Shown here in pieces: positions 1-9,800 of a stretch of 64,000 bases of DNA. Below the pieces are notes generated by a model. The model saw only the letters and a program-made list of their open reading frames with translations. It was not told where the DNA came from and ran no database searches. The DNA is from Patescibacteria group bacterium (GTDB lineage Bacteria > Patescibacteriota > Patescibacteriia > Magasanikbacterales > UBA922): contig JAHJIX010000002.1 of NCBI GenBank assembly GCA_018823045.1, forward strand, positions 128,846 to 192,845. Reading direction: 5' to 3'. Both the position numbers and the translations under genes were made by a program. Each line of letters begins with the position of its first letter. The stretch's first letter is position 1.

Positions 1-2
1 AG

Positions 3-668
3 CCCATTGAAGAATTAAGTAAACGAGACTACGGACGACCCGGACGCGATAGTAAAAGTGGTATGTTACCTCCAAAACTAGCAAAAATTTTGATTAATCT
101 CTCTCAAACTCCACAAGATAAAACACTGCTTGACCCATTTTGTGGATCAGGTACAGTGCTTATGGAAGCAATGACTATGGGCTATCAAAAGCTTGTGGGC
201 AGTGACATTTCTCCCAAAGCAATAGAAGATTCAGTAAAAAACATTGATTGGGTAAAAAAAACATATACTCTTGAGGTAGATACGGATGTCTTTGTGGCAG
301 ACGCCCAATCGCTAAAAGGAACACTCAAACAAGAAAAAATATTTGGCGTTGCAACTGAACCATATCTTGGAGTTCCTCTTCGTGGCCACGAAAATCGTGC
401 ATTCTTAGAGCACCAAGCACGTGAGCTTGCAGAACTATACACCCAAACATTTAAAACACTCTCTTCTGTCATGTCTCGTGGTGGATCAGTTGTTTTTATT
501 ATTCCACAATTTCGACACAACAACGGATGGATCACCATTGATTGTATTGAAGATATTTTATATGCTGGTTTTGAAATTTCTCCACTCAACAACATGCACG
601 ACAGCCTTCTTTATTGGCGTCCAGGCCAATATCTAGGCCGCATGATTTGGCGATTTACCAAAATATAA
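3..668 (+). CDS. Class I SAM-dependent methyltransferase, 5'-partial (putative RNA/DNA methylase, UPF0020-like)
   Basis: The reading frame is open from the window start, so the gene is partial at its 5' end. It carries the SAM-binding motif DPFCGSGT, typical of N6/N2 methyltransferases of the THUMP-associated RNA methylase type. Confidence 0.6.
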   Translation, partial: PIEELSKRDYGRPGRDSKSGMLPPKLAKILINLSQTPQDKTLLDPFCGSGTVLMEAMTMGYQKLVGSDISPKAIEDSVKNIDWVKKTYTLEVDTDVFVADAQSLKGTLKQEKIFGVATEPYLGVPLRGHENRAFLEHQARELAELYTQTFKTLSSVMSRGGSVVFIIPQFRHNNGWITIDCIEDILYAGFEISPLNNMHDSLLYWRPGQYLGRMIWRFTKI

Positions 669-677
669 TCTTCTTTT

Positions 678-1391
678 ATGTCTGTCCCACACAATCCAAA
701 ATATATACATCATAAAAATTCTTCTATTATCAACTCTATGCGAGAGGTTGTTTTTGGTATGGAAGATGGAATGGTTTCAACATTAGGAGCCATCACCGGA
801 GTTGCTCTTGCCGTTGACGACCGTTCGATTATTTTATTAACTGGTTTTGTTATTGTTGCGGTAGAATCAATTTCTATGGCCACTGGCTCATATATTTCTA
901 GCAAATCTCTCAGGGCAATTGATGAGCAAAAGTTAAGAGAAGAACTTGAAGAAGTACATAATTATCCCGAAGAAGAAAAAAAAGAACTAATCACTATGTA
1001 TACGGCTGATGGATGGAGTCCTCCACTAGCAAAACAAATGGCAGAAGAAGCCTCTAGAAATAAAGAACTCTTTTTAAACGAAATGGCACTCAGAGAATTG
1101 CATATTTTCCCAAACGAATTAAATCACCCATTCAAAGATGGGTTTATGATGGGAATTTCCTATATAATTGGTGGATCAATTCCAATAATACCATATATCT
1201 TTGGTTCAACGCCCCAAATTACAACATTTTCAATTTTATTTACTTTCATCACATTATTTGGTCTTGGAGCGGCAATCAGCTACTATTCTAAGCGCGCTTG
1301 GTGGAAATCTGGGTTTGAACTCTTATTGCTCGCTGGATTTGCAACACTTGTTGGATATGCTATTGGTCAAATTACCACATGGCTAATGTAA
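678..1391 (+). CDS. VIT1/CCC1 family iron/manganese transporter
   Basis: Has the N-terminal motif FGMEDGMVSTLGAITGVA and C-terminal membrane helices characteristic of the VIT family. Confidence 0.7.
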   Translation: MSVPHNPKYIHHKNSSIINSMREVVFGMEDGMVSTLGAITGVALAVDDRSIILLTGFVIVAVESISMATGSYISSKSLRAIDEQKLREELEEVHNYPEEEKKELITMYTADGWSPPLAKQMAEEASRNKELFLNEMALRELHIFPNELNHPFKDGFMMGISYIIGGSIPIIPYIFGSTPQITTFSILFTFITLFGLGAAISYYSKRAWWKSGFELLLLAGFATLVGYAIGQITTWLM

Positions 1392-1403
1392 AATAATCCA
1401 CAC

Positions 1404-1431
1404 TTGCTTTTTTTTCAGTATATTGTATAAT
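1404..1431 (+). promoter_or_regulatory. Promoter of the peroxiredoxin gene (-35 TTGCTT, 16-nt spacer, -10 TATAAT)
   Basis: -35 at 1404-1409 and -10 at 1426-1431, upstream of the start at 1469. Confidence 0.5.
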
Positions 1432-1453
1432 ACATACTATAATAGTATGTATT
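1429..1453. promoter_or_regulatory. Perfect 25-bp palindrome AATACATACTAT-A-ATAGTATGTATT overlapping the -10 element (candidate repressor operator)
   Basis: The 12-bp arms are exact reverse complements. The element overlaps the TATAAT and the likely transcription start of the prx-sod unit. Confidence 0.55.
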
Positions 1454-1468
1454 TAATTTTATCACTAT

Positions 1469-2056
1469 ATGCAAGAAAACATTTGTACACCCAAAACCAT
1501 TATTAATTCACCGCTCCCTGACATGGGTTTGGAAATCTATCATAATAATGAAATTAAAAAAGTAAATCTTGCTGATTACAAAGGAAAATGGCTTGTCCTT
1601 TTTTTCTATCCAGCTGACTTTACTTTTGTCTGCCCAACAGAACTTGTTGAAGTTGCAAACAACTACGCTACATTACAAGAACTAAATGTAGAGGTACTTT
1701 CTGTAAGTACTGATACAGCTTTTGTCCATAAAGCATGGCATGACAACTCTCCTTCTATAGCACAAGTACACTACCCAATGGCAGCAGACCCTACAGGAAA
1801 GCTCTGTCGCGCACTAGGAACGTATATCGAAGAAGAAGGTCTTTCTTACCGTGCAACGGTTATTGTCGATCCTGAGGGTCAAATAAAGACATATGAGATC
1901 CATGATAACAATATTGGAAGAAGTGCAGAAGAGCTCCTTCGCAAAATTCAAGCAGCTCAATTTGTAAATACTCATGGCGGACAAGTGTGCCCAGCAAGTT
2001 GGAAACCTGGAAAAGAAACACTTACTCCTGGTATAGAGCTTATTGGAAAAATCTAA
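1469..2056 (+). CDS. Peroxiredoxin (AhpC/Tsa family, 2-Cys type)
   Basis: Contains the motif FFYPADFTFVCPTE with the peroxidatic Cys, and a C-terminal GQVCPASW with the resolving Cys. Confidence 0.9.
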   Translation: MQENICTPKTIINSPLPDMGLEIYHNNEIKKVNLADYKGKWLVLFFYPADFTFVCPTELVEVANNYATLQELNVEVLSVSTDTAFVHKAWHDNSPSIAQVHYPMAADPTGKLCRALGTYIEEEGLSYRATVIVDPEGQIKTYEIHDNNIGRSAEELLRKIQAAQFVNTHGGQVCPASWKPGKETLTPGIELIGKI

Positions 2057-2067
2057 TGATTCAATCA

Positions 2068-2100
2068 AGAGAAGCCAATACATCCGCTTCTCTTTTTTCT
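2068..2100 (+). terminator. Hairpin with T-tract between the peroxiredoxin and SOD genes
   Basis: AGAGAAGC-(10 nt)-GCTTCTCT followed by TTTTTTCTT. Confidence 0.5.
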
Positions 2101-2111
2101 TAAAAAATAAT

Positions 2112-2678
2112 ATGTATACAGAAAAAAAATACACAGAACTCCTTGGCCTTGCAGGCTTTAGCGATGATCTACTTCAAGATCATTTTGCACTGTATAGTGG
2201 ATATGTAAAAAATACTAATGCAGTCGCTAATCGCCTAAAAGAGGCAGAAAAAAATTCTCCTGAGTACAATGAACTCAAACGTCGTTTTGGTTGGGAATTT
2301 AACGGTATGCGTTTACATGAATACTACTTTGATAACTTAAGCAAAGATTCTTCATCTCTTAAAAAAGAAAGTGCACTTGCCCAAAAGTTATCTGAAGAAT
2401 TTGGCGGAGTAGATGAATGGGAAAAAGATTTTAAAGCAACCGCCAGTATGCGTGGCATTGGTTGGGTCATCTTAGCAAAAGATGCGCAAACAGGAAAACT
2501 CTTTAATACGTGGATTAATGAACATGATGGTGGACATTTGGCGGGAGCCACACCACTATTAGTGCTTGATGTTTTTGAACACGCCTTTATTCGTGATTAT
2601 GGATTAAAAAAAGCAGACTATCTGTGTGCCTTTTTTAAAGCTCTTAATTGGACAGAGGTAGAAAAACGTTTTGCTTAA
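2112..2678 (+). CDS. Fe/Mn superoxide dismutase family protein
   Basis: C-terminal LDVFEHAFIRDYG...NW matches the SOD D-x-W-E-H-A-Y-Y region, and GWVIL matches the GWxWL region. The start was chosen at the internal ATG at 2112, after a hairpin, rather than the overlapping upstream ORF start at 2043. The N-terminal His motifs are degenerate, so activity is uncertain. Confidence 0.7.
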   Translation: MYTEKKYTELLGLAGFSDDLLQDHFALYSGYVKNTNAVANRLKEAEKNSPEYNELKRRFGWEFNGMRLHEYYFDNLSKDSSSLKKESALAQKLSEEFGGVDEWEKDFKATASMRGIGWVILAKDAQTGKLFNTWINEHDGGHLAGATPLLVLDVFEHAFIRDYGLKKADYLCAFFKALNWTEVEKRFA

Positions 2679-2690
2679 AAAATACGTAAT

Positions 2691-2722
2691 AAAAAATCAT
2701 CGTAAATACGATGATTTTTTAT
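2691..2722. terminator. Bidirectional terminator between sod (+) and ychF (-)
   Basis: ATCATCGTA-AA-TACGATGAT flanked by A6 and T6 runs. Confidence 0.75.
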
Positions 2723-2746
2723 TAGAAAGATTCTTAAGTATCACTA

Positions 2747-3817
2747 TTATGTTGCAACATGAAAATAACAGACATCCCCATCACGCACTAGATAGTCCTT
2801 ACCAACCAATTGCATGCAACCTTTTTCTTTTACACCAACCCAACCACTATGATCAACAAAATCTTTCCATGCAGCCACATCTGCTTTAATAAATCCTTTA
2901 ATAAAGTCAGTGTGAATAACCCCCGCTGCATTTGGCGCATCTGTTCCTTGTTTCACTGTCCAAGCACGTGTTTCTTGTACACCAGAAGTAAAATAAGTTA
3001 ACAAATCAAGCAATCCGTATCCTGCGGTAATAATTTTATCAAGTCCTGTTTTTTTAATACCTAAATCTGCCATATATTCCCCGGCTTCTTCGTCTGATAA
3101 TTCAGCAAGTTCTGCTTCAAGTTGTGCGCTAATATATACGTGAGATATCCCTTCTTCTACAACAACTGATTCATTGGCTCCACCTTCACCAACGTTAATA
3201 ATATACATCATTGGCTTTGCAGTAATCAAACAAAGTTGTCTCATAATCAATTGCTCATCACCACTACATTCAAATGTACGTGCAGGTTTACCCGTTTCTA
3301 AATGAGCAAACAAACGCTCAAGAAAATTACGTTCGAGCTCTAATTCTTTGGCAGCGACACCTTTTGATTTTCCTTTTACCGCAACAAGTCGTTTACTCAC
3401 TGTCTGCCAGTCTGCCAAGACTAATTCAAGATTAATAATGTCCGCATCTTCTTTTGGGTCAATTTTGTTATGTACATGAGTAATATTATCTGACTCAAAA
3501 GAGCGAACAACATGAGCAATAGCGTCTACTTCACGAATGTGCGCTAAAAATTTATTTCCCAGTCCCTCTCCCTCAGAAGCCCCTTTTACTAAGCCCGCGA
3601 TATCAACAAACTCAATCGCTGTTGGAATAATTTTGTGTGACCCAGACACTGATGATAATTGTGCCAAACGAACATCAGGGACTTCAACAACTCCGACATT
3701 TGGTTCAATCGTACAAAATGGATAATTTTGTGCATCAGCCTGCTTACTTTTTGTAAGGGCATTAAATAATGTTGACTTTCCAACATTAGGAAGCCCCACA
3801 ATTCCAATTGATAACAT
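2747..3817 (-). CDS. ychF: Redox-regulated ribosome-binding ATPase YchF (Obg family)
   Basis: N-terminal G1 motif [18 protein letters not shown] and a TGS-like C-terminus. Confidence 0.9.
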   Translation of the reverse strand: MLSIGIVGLPNVGKSTLFNALTKSKQADAQNYPFCTIEPNVGVVEVPDVRLAQLSSVSGSHKIIPTAIEFVDIAGLVKGASEGEGLGNKFLAHIREVDAIAHVVRSFESDNITHVHNKIDPKEDADIINLELVLADWQTVSKRLVAVKGKSKGVAAKELELERNFLERLFAHLETGKPARTFECSGDEQLIMRQLCLITAKPMMYIINVGEGGANESVVVEEGISHVYISAQLEAELAELSDEEAGEYMADLGIKKTGLDKIITAGYGLLDLLTYFTSGVQETRAWTVKQGTDAPNAAGVIHTDFIKGFIKADVAAWKDFVDHSGWVGVKEKGCMQLVGKDYLVRDGDVCYFHVAT

Positions 3818-3899
3818 AAAGATAATAATTATTTCTGTGTAGCGATTATACCAAAATAGACAAAAAAAGCAACCTAGTATATATCACTGTATATTGCTT

Positions 3900-6800
3900 T
3901 TATTCGGCAAGAGGAGATTCTGCTGGCGGCGCAGAAGGTTCTTCAGCAGGAGGTGCTGGATCAGGGGCAGGTGGAGGCTCAACAACCTCGGGTTCTGCTG
4001 CTGGTTCTTGAGCCGGTGCAAGCTCTTCTACCACAGGATCAACTGCTTCCTCTGCAGGAAGCTCTTCTGAATCTACTGGTGCCGGATCTTCCTCTGCTGG
4101 TACATCTACGACAGGAGCAGGATCCTCTGGGTTATCCACAGGTTCTTCGACCACAGGATCAACCGCTTCCTCTACTACCGGATCAGCAGATATAGGATCG
4201 GCTGGCTCCTCTGCAGGAAGCTCTTCTGAATCTACTGGTGCCGGATCTTCCTCTGCTGGTACATCTACGACAGGAGCAGAATCCTCTGGGTTATCCACAG
4301 GTTCTTCGACCACAGGATCAACCTGTGGATCAATTATAGGGTCAACTATTTCTACAGGAATGTCACCATCTGTTTTTCTTTCTGCAATAACCACCCAATC
4401 AAAGGTTGAGGTACTTGTTCCATCAAGTAATTCACTGACAGTAAATCCTGTTTCATCTTTTGTGCTCACATAAATACCATTTGCTTTATCTGTCAAAGTA
4501 ACACTCACTTTTATTGACTTTGTTGCATCAATAATGTCTTGGGTTACTTGATCAAAATCAATACGAACTTCTCCACCATCTAGTTGCCCTGATCCTGAAA
4601 AGATATACTCAGTATTTTGTGATTGAAGTGCATAAAGATCTGTATCACCATCTGATGTTGCAATACGAGTAATAAATCGTCCTTGCGCATCAATATTCCA
4701 AACATTATCTTTTGATGTAATGTGAGAAACGTTTACAATACCATATCCATTCATGTTTAAATCTTGGCTCACAGCAATAAGTTGTCCAGAATCATTTTGA
4801 GCAACTGAAATTTCTTGTGTCGACTGATCAAGAGAAATTCCATCGTGCTCTGCAATTTCTAGTACTTCTTGCTTAAGCTCAGCAATAGTTTGATGACGGT
4901 TATTTACCCAACCAGATTTAATAAGTGCCATAATTTTTCCAGTACTTGAACTATTTGCATCAAATGATTCAAGTGCCATTCCAATAATACCGACAACCTT
5001 TGTTCCATCATCTTTTAATGCATCATATTTCATTGCGTGCCCCGGTGTAGAAGCTGTCACAAGCAAATCACCATGTTCAACCGCTCCATTTTCATTACTA
5101 ATTTTAATTGGTACACGACCAACCATAGCCATATCAGCAGTAAATTCAGTCTTACCGTTACCGACAACAATCGTCGGTTGGGTTGAAACAACACCAGCAA
5201 TTGACTGGGCATAGGCTTCATTACTTTTTTTATAACTATCAACATCTTGCGGATCAATAATCATAACATCTCCCGGTTCAGCACCTTCGGTAGGATCAAC
5301 ATCGACACGCTCTGCCAAATCCCCAGGAACACCAGGTGTCCCCATCACTGCACTTGCAGCAAAGAAATTACCCACTGTAGCCACATCACCATTTCCTGCG
5401 ACAGAAAATTTAGACGTTCCATTATTTCTTACTGAGAATAAGAAAGTGGTGCTCGCTGTGGTATCAAAACCATTTGAGGTGTCAAAAATAAATGCCGGCC
5501 CTGTACTTGAACTTATATTTGTCTTAAAGTATGCATTATGAGAAAAAGTCAAGGTATTTGTTGCTGTTGCTGATGCACTATTTGAGTAAAGAGAAAAATC
5601 TCCACCCACAATTAAACCGTTATTAGCAATGTGTAATCCATTTCTGATATTAACACCATTACCAAACTGCGCTTGTCCCATAACACCTAAACGAGAAATT
5701 TCTGCTGAACCAATAGTCGCGTTAGCAATCTTAGCTCCCGATACATCAATAATTTCAATGTCATTATCAGCCTTGGATGCTACATACAAATGATTTCCTG
5801 ATCCAGTAATAGCCACCGGTCCATTTAAATTTGCACTGTCCCCCGAGACACTAATAGCATCAACAAATGTTGGGTTCGTGGAGCTTGCTATATTAATAAC
5901 AACGACAGCATCATCAGTTTCGGCAGTCACATATGCATAGTCTCCTGAGACAAACAAACCACTTATTCCATCTAAGGTAATTGCAGCCCCATCACTATCT
6001 TTTATGTTACCCACAGTATTTGGTCCAAATCCCGCAGGATCAGAAATATCAATAATTGCCATGGCTGCACCCTCCGCCATACCTGTATAAGTGACATACG
6101 CATAAATACCCCTAACAGAAATAGATTTTAATCCCATAAATTCACTCTCGCCCATAAATGAACAAAGCACTGCAGGATTTGCAGGATCAGAAATATCAAT
6201 AATTGCCATGGAACCCATACCAGTTAAAATATAGGCATACTTTCCTTGTACCTCAATATTTTCAGCAGACTCCCATAGATCCAAAGATGTCACAAGTATT
6301 GGATTTGCCGGATCAGACACATCAACGACATGCATTTTCTGATTAACAGAATCAGCAATATATGCATAATTTCCTCGGACTCTTATTCCTTTTAAATCAC
6401 CAAAACTAGCACTATCAAGCAATCCTTTGTGAGCTGGTATACTCGGATCAGAGATATCGATCACTTGTAAGTTCCCAGCATCTGTCACAATATATACATA
6501 GTTCCCAGCAACCTCTAACGCCATAGGGGTTGCAAAACTGGTGCTTCCACTGCCACTCACTATACCACCCACACGTGCTGGATAGCTCGGGTCACTAATA
6601 TTAAAAATTTCTAAACTATTTTCTGTATATGAAACACTGTAGAGTAAATTATCTTGCACTTTTACATCTTGAACACCCGTCAAATATGGTGCACTTGCTC
6701 CACCATCAAGTATTGCAGTTACATGCTCAGCTGCAGACGTTTTCCCAGGAACATACAACAAATCTTCAATCGTGGTTTGCCCAGAAAAATATCCATCGCC

Positions 6801-9800
6801 ATCAACAGCAAATTGATATTGAGGAGAGCTACTATTAATTCCGACATTTCCACTGCCAAAAACCACATTTTGATTATTTGTCGTGTTAATACTTAATAAA
6901 CCTGAACTATCAAGCGTTAGCGCACCACCAGTCATTGAAATTAAACCGCCACTTACATCACCACTTAAATGAAGGGAGCTCGTCCCAATGTGGATTGCGT
7001 TTTCTACAAAAAGCGAATCGCCTACGCCGAGTAAATCATGTACATACATGTCGTCACCATCAAGCGCAAAAGTTGAAGTAGTAATTTGTTCACTTGAATT
7101 ACCTACATAGACATTATTTGCTAAAATCATTTCTCCGCTCACATAACCCGTACCAACAACAGATAAACCATAAGCAGGTGTACTTGTATTAATTCCGACA
7201 TTACCACTTTCATCAATAACAAATCGTTCAGTACCATTGTTGCGGATACTAATCAAGTTACCTGCACTTAATGTGTTTTCTGTATTAAATATAAATGATT
7301 CGGTATTTGTACTATTCACACCTGATTCAAATAGAGCACGGTGAGAAAAATTAAGGGTGTTTGTTGCCACATAACTACTTGTTGCGGTATACAACGCGAT
7401 ATCTCCTCCAACAAGTAAGCCGTTATTTGAAATATGCAGTCCATTATTAATGTATACTCCATCATCAAAACTAGAATCCCCATGAACTTTTAAGCTCCCT
7501 ATTTCTGCAACTCCAATTTCTGCACTACCAATATTTGCTCCAGAAATATCAAAAACATAGAGTGAATTATCTTTCCACCCAGTTACATACATATAATTTC
7601 CAACAAGATCAAAACGCTGCAGTCCAGCACTCTGTTCTACAACGACACCACTTGCTAAATAATTGAAGTCAGATGCGACAACATAACCAAATTCATCCAG
7701 ATTATTTAAATTATTTAGGTTTGAAATAATGATTAATGGATCTGGCAATGCCCCCAAGGACATCTCATAAATACGATTAGCACGCACCTGATAATCTATG
7801 GTTCCAGCTGAAAAATAACTAATAAATGTTGGTAATTGTGGATTTGAAATATCAATAACATTAATAAGACTATTGCTCCCTGTTCCAACATATGCATAAT
7901 TTCCTTCTAAACGAATGGTGTCTGCTCCAACAAGATCACTACCCCCATCACCATTCTCAATTGTTCCAACAGAAGAAATATTAGTAGGATCACTCACATC
8001 TAATATCACCATTGCACTTGACGCTGCAGAAGCAATGTACGCATACTTCCCTCGGACTTCAATATCAGTTGCTCCTGTAAGTAAAGGTTCTTGCGTATAA
8101 TCAAAACTCCCAGCATGTATTGGTGTACCTGGGTTTGAAATATCAAGTACCTCAACTGATTTTGCAGAAGCAGAAACGGCATACAAATACTTTCCTTGCT
8201 GAGTCACTGCTTTTATTTTATCTAATAATGGGCCACTTGCGTTGTGGTAAACTTTAGAAACATGTTGTGGATTTGCTGGATTACTGATATCAATTGTTTC
8301 CATCACATCATTTACTCTCCCGGCAATATACGCATAGTGCCCACTTACCACAAAATCAATAGCATCGTCAAAGTCTGCCCCACCATCTCCATGACTAATT
8401 CCACCTATATACCGTAACGACAATGGATCACTCACATCAATAATAGCAAATGTACTTGTTGCTGTCGGATTGACACCGCCATTACTTAAGACATAAGCAT
8501 AATTTCCTACCACCTGCACTCGTTGTGGTCCACTAAGCAATGCCCCTCCATCACCATGAGCAATTGAATCTCTTACTGAATCAGCTGAAATACTCCCAAA
8601 CATTCCAACGCGCTCAGTAAATGTCGTCGTTGCATTAAATATCGTTGTCGAACTAAATGTTGTCGTTGCCGTAAAAGTGTTCGATCCAGTAAATGATTGC
8701 GTTCCACTAAGAAGCGCCAAATCTGATCCATCATCTAAATCACTCACTGAAATACCCGTCACAGACCCTGTTACAGTAAAGTCTGTTACTGTGGTGGTTG
8801 CTAGACTAGATATTCCCGATACCGTCAAACGATCATCTATAGTTACATCATCACTCACATTTATATCAACAGCTTCCACAAGCCCAGCCCAGCCAACACG
8901 AAATATACTGTCACTCTTATAATGAAGATCTAAAGGATATGTTTTATTGTCTACATTTATAACGGTTGATCCATCTACTACTAATCTATACTGCGGAGAA
9001 GTTGTATTAATTCCGATATTCCCATTTGAATCAATGAGAAACTGACTGGTTCCATTATTTCGCACATGAAAAACATCGCCGCTAGCAACGGTAGTGCTCA
9101 CAAATACAGGAGCTGTAAATGTGCTGGTTGCATTAACCGTAAAAATATCATTAATTGTTGTTGTGTTAAGTGTTGTTGCGCCAGTTACAGCCAATTGCCC
9201 TGTAATATCCACATTACCGAGCATCGAGACATCCCCATCTTCATCAACTCGAAATCGCTGACTTCCGCCAAGTGCAATACCAAATAATGTTTCATTCGCA
9301 TCTGCTGTTGCCGGATTAATATAAATGGTACCACCATCAACAGCGCTCGATTGAGGGTCACCCATAAATGTAAACATGCCATTGGTGTCTGAAATTGGAA
9401 TATATTCTCCAGTTGATGTTACCGCTGCCCCCACACCATTTAAATATCTTGCATTCATTGCAAATGGTGCCGCAGTCAATCTTTTTCTAGGAGAAAGTAT
9501 ATCGCTTCCAACAGTAACTTCTAAAAATAAATCACTATTTCCTGCAAAAATTTGTGGATCAAGTGTGTTATAAGCCGTATCTCCTAAATCAATAGCAAAA
9601 ATTCCAGAAGAAGGAGTAATACTTACCGCAAGAGGAGTGCCCACTGTTCCGCTGGCAGTATATAACGCAGTTCCAGCACTTAAATCGTCATAAATAACAA
9701 ATTTCATTTGCTTTGTACTCGTCACAGCCAATCCCCCTTCAAGTAATTTTCCTTGATAAGTAATTATATTTGGTGGTGCAGTAACTGTTTGCGCAACAGA

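Noticed and set aside
185-636. ORF-track frames 185..595 (-) and 421..636 (+) inside the methyltransferase gene
   Set aside because: They are fully embedded in, or antisense to, a gene with clear SAM-methyltransferase motifs. They have no motifs or start context of their own and are typical shadow ORFs.
2043-2111. The longer SOD ORF starting at 2043 and overlapping the peroxiredoxin 3' end
   Set aside because: The extra 23 aa (MEKSNDSIKRSQYIRFSFFLKNN) are encoded across the prx stop and a terminator-like hairpin. The internal ATG at 2112 gives an N-terminus that aligns with SODs.
3953-4195. Plus-strand 80-aa Pro/Gln/Leu-rich ORF antisense to the giant gene tail
   Set aside because: This is a repeat-driven antisense artefact of the Pro/Glu-rich coding repeat. 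Low-complexity translation alone is not evidence of a gene.
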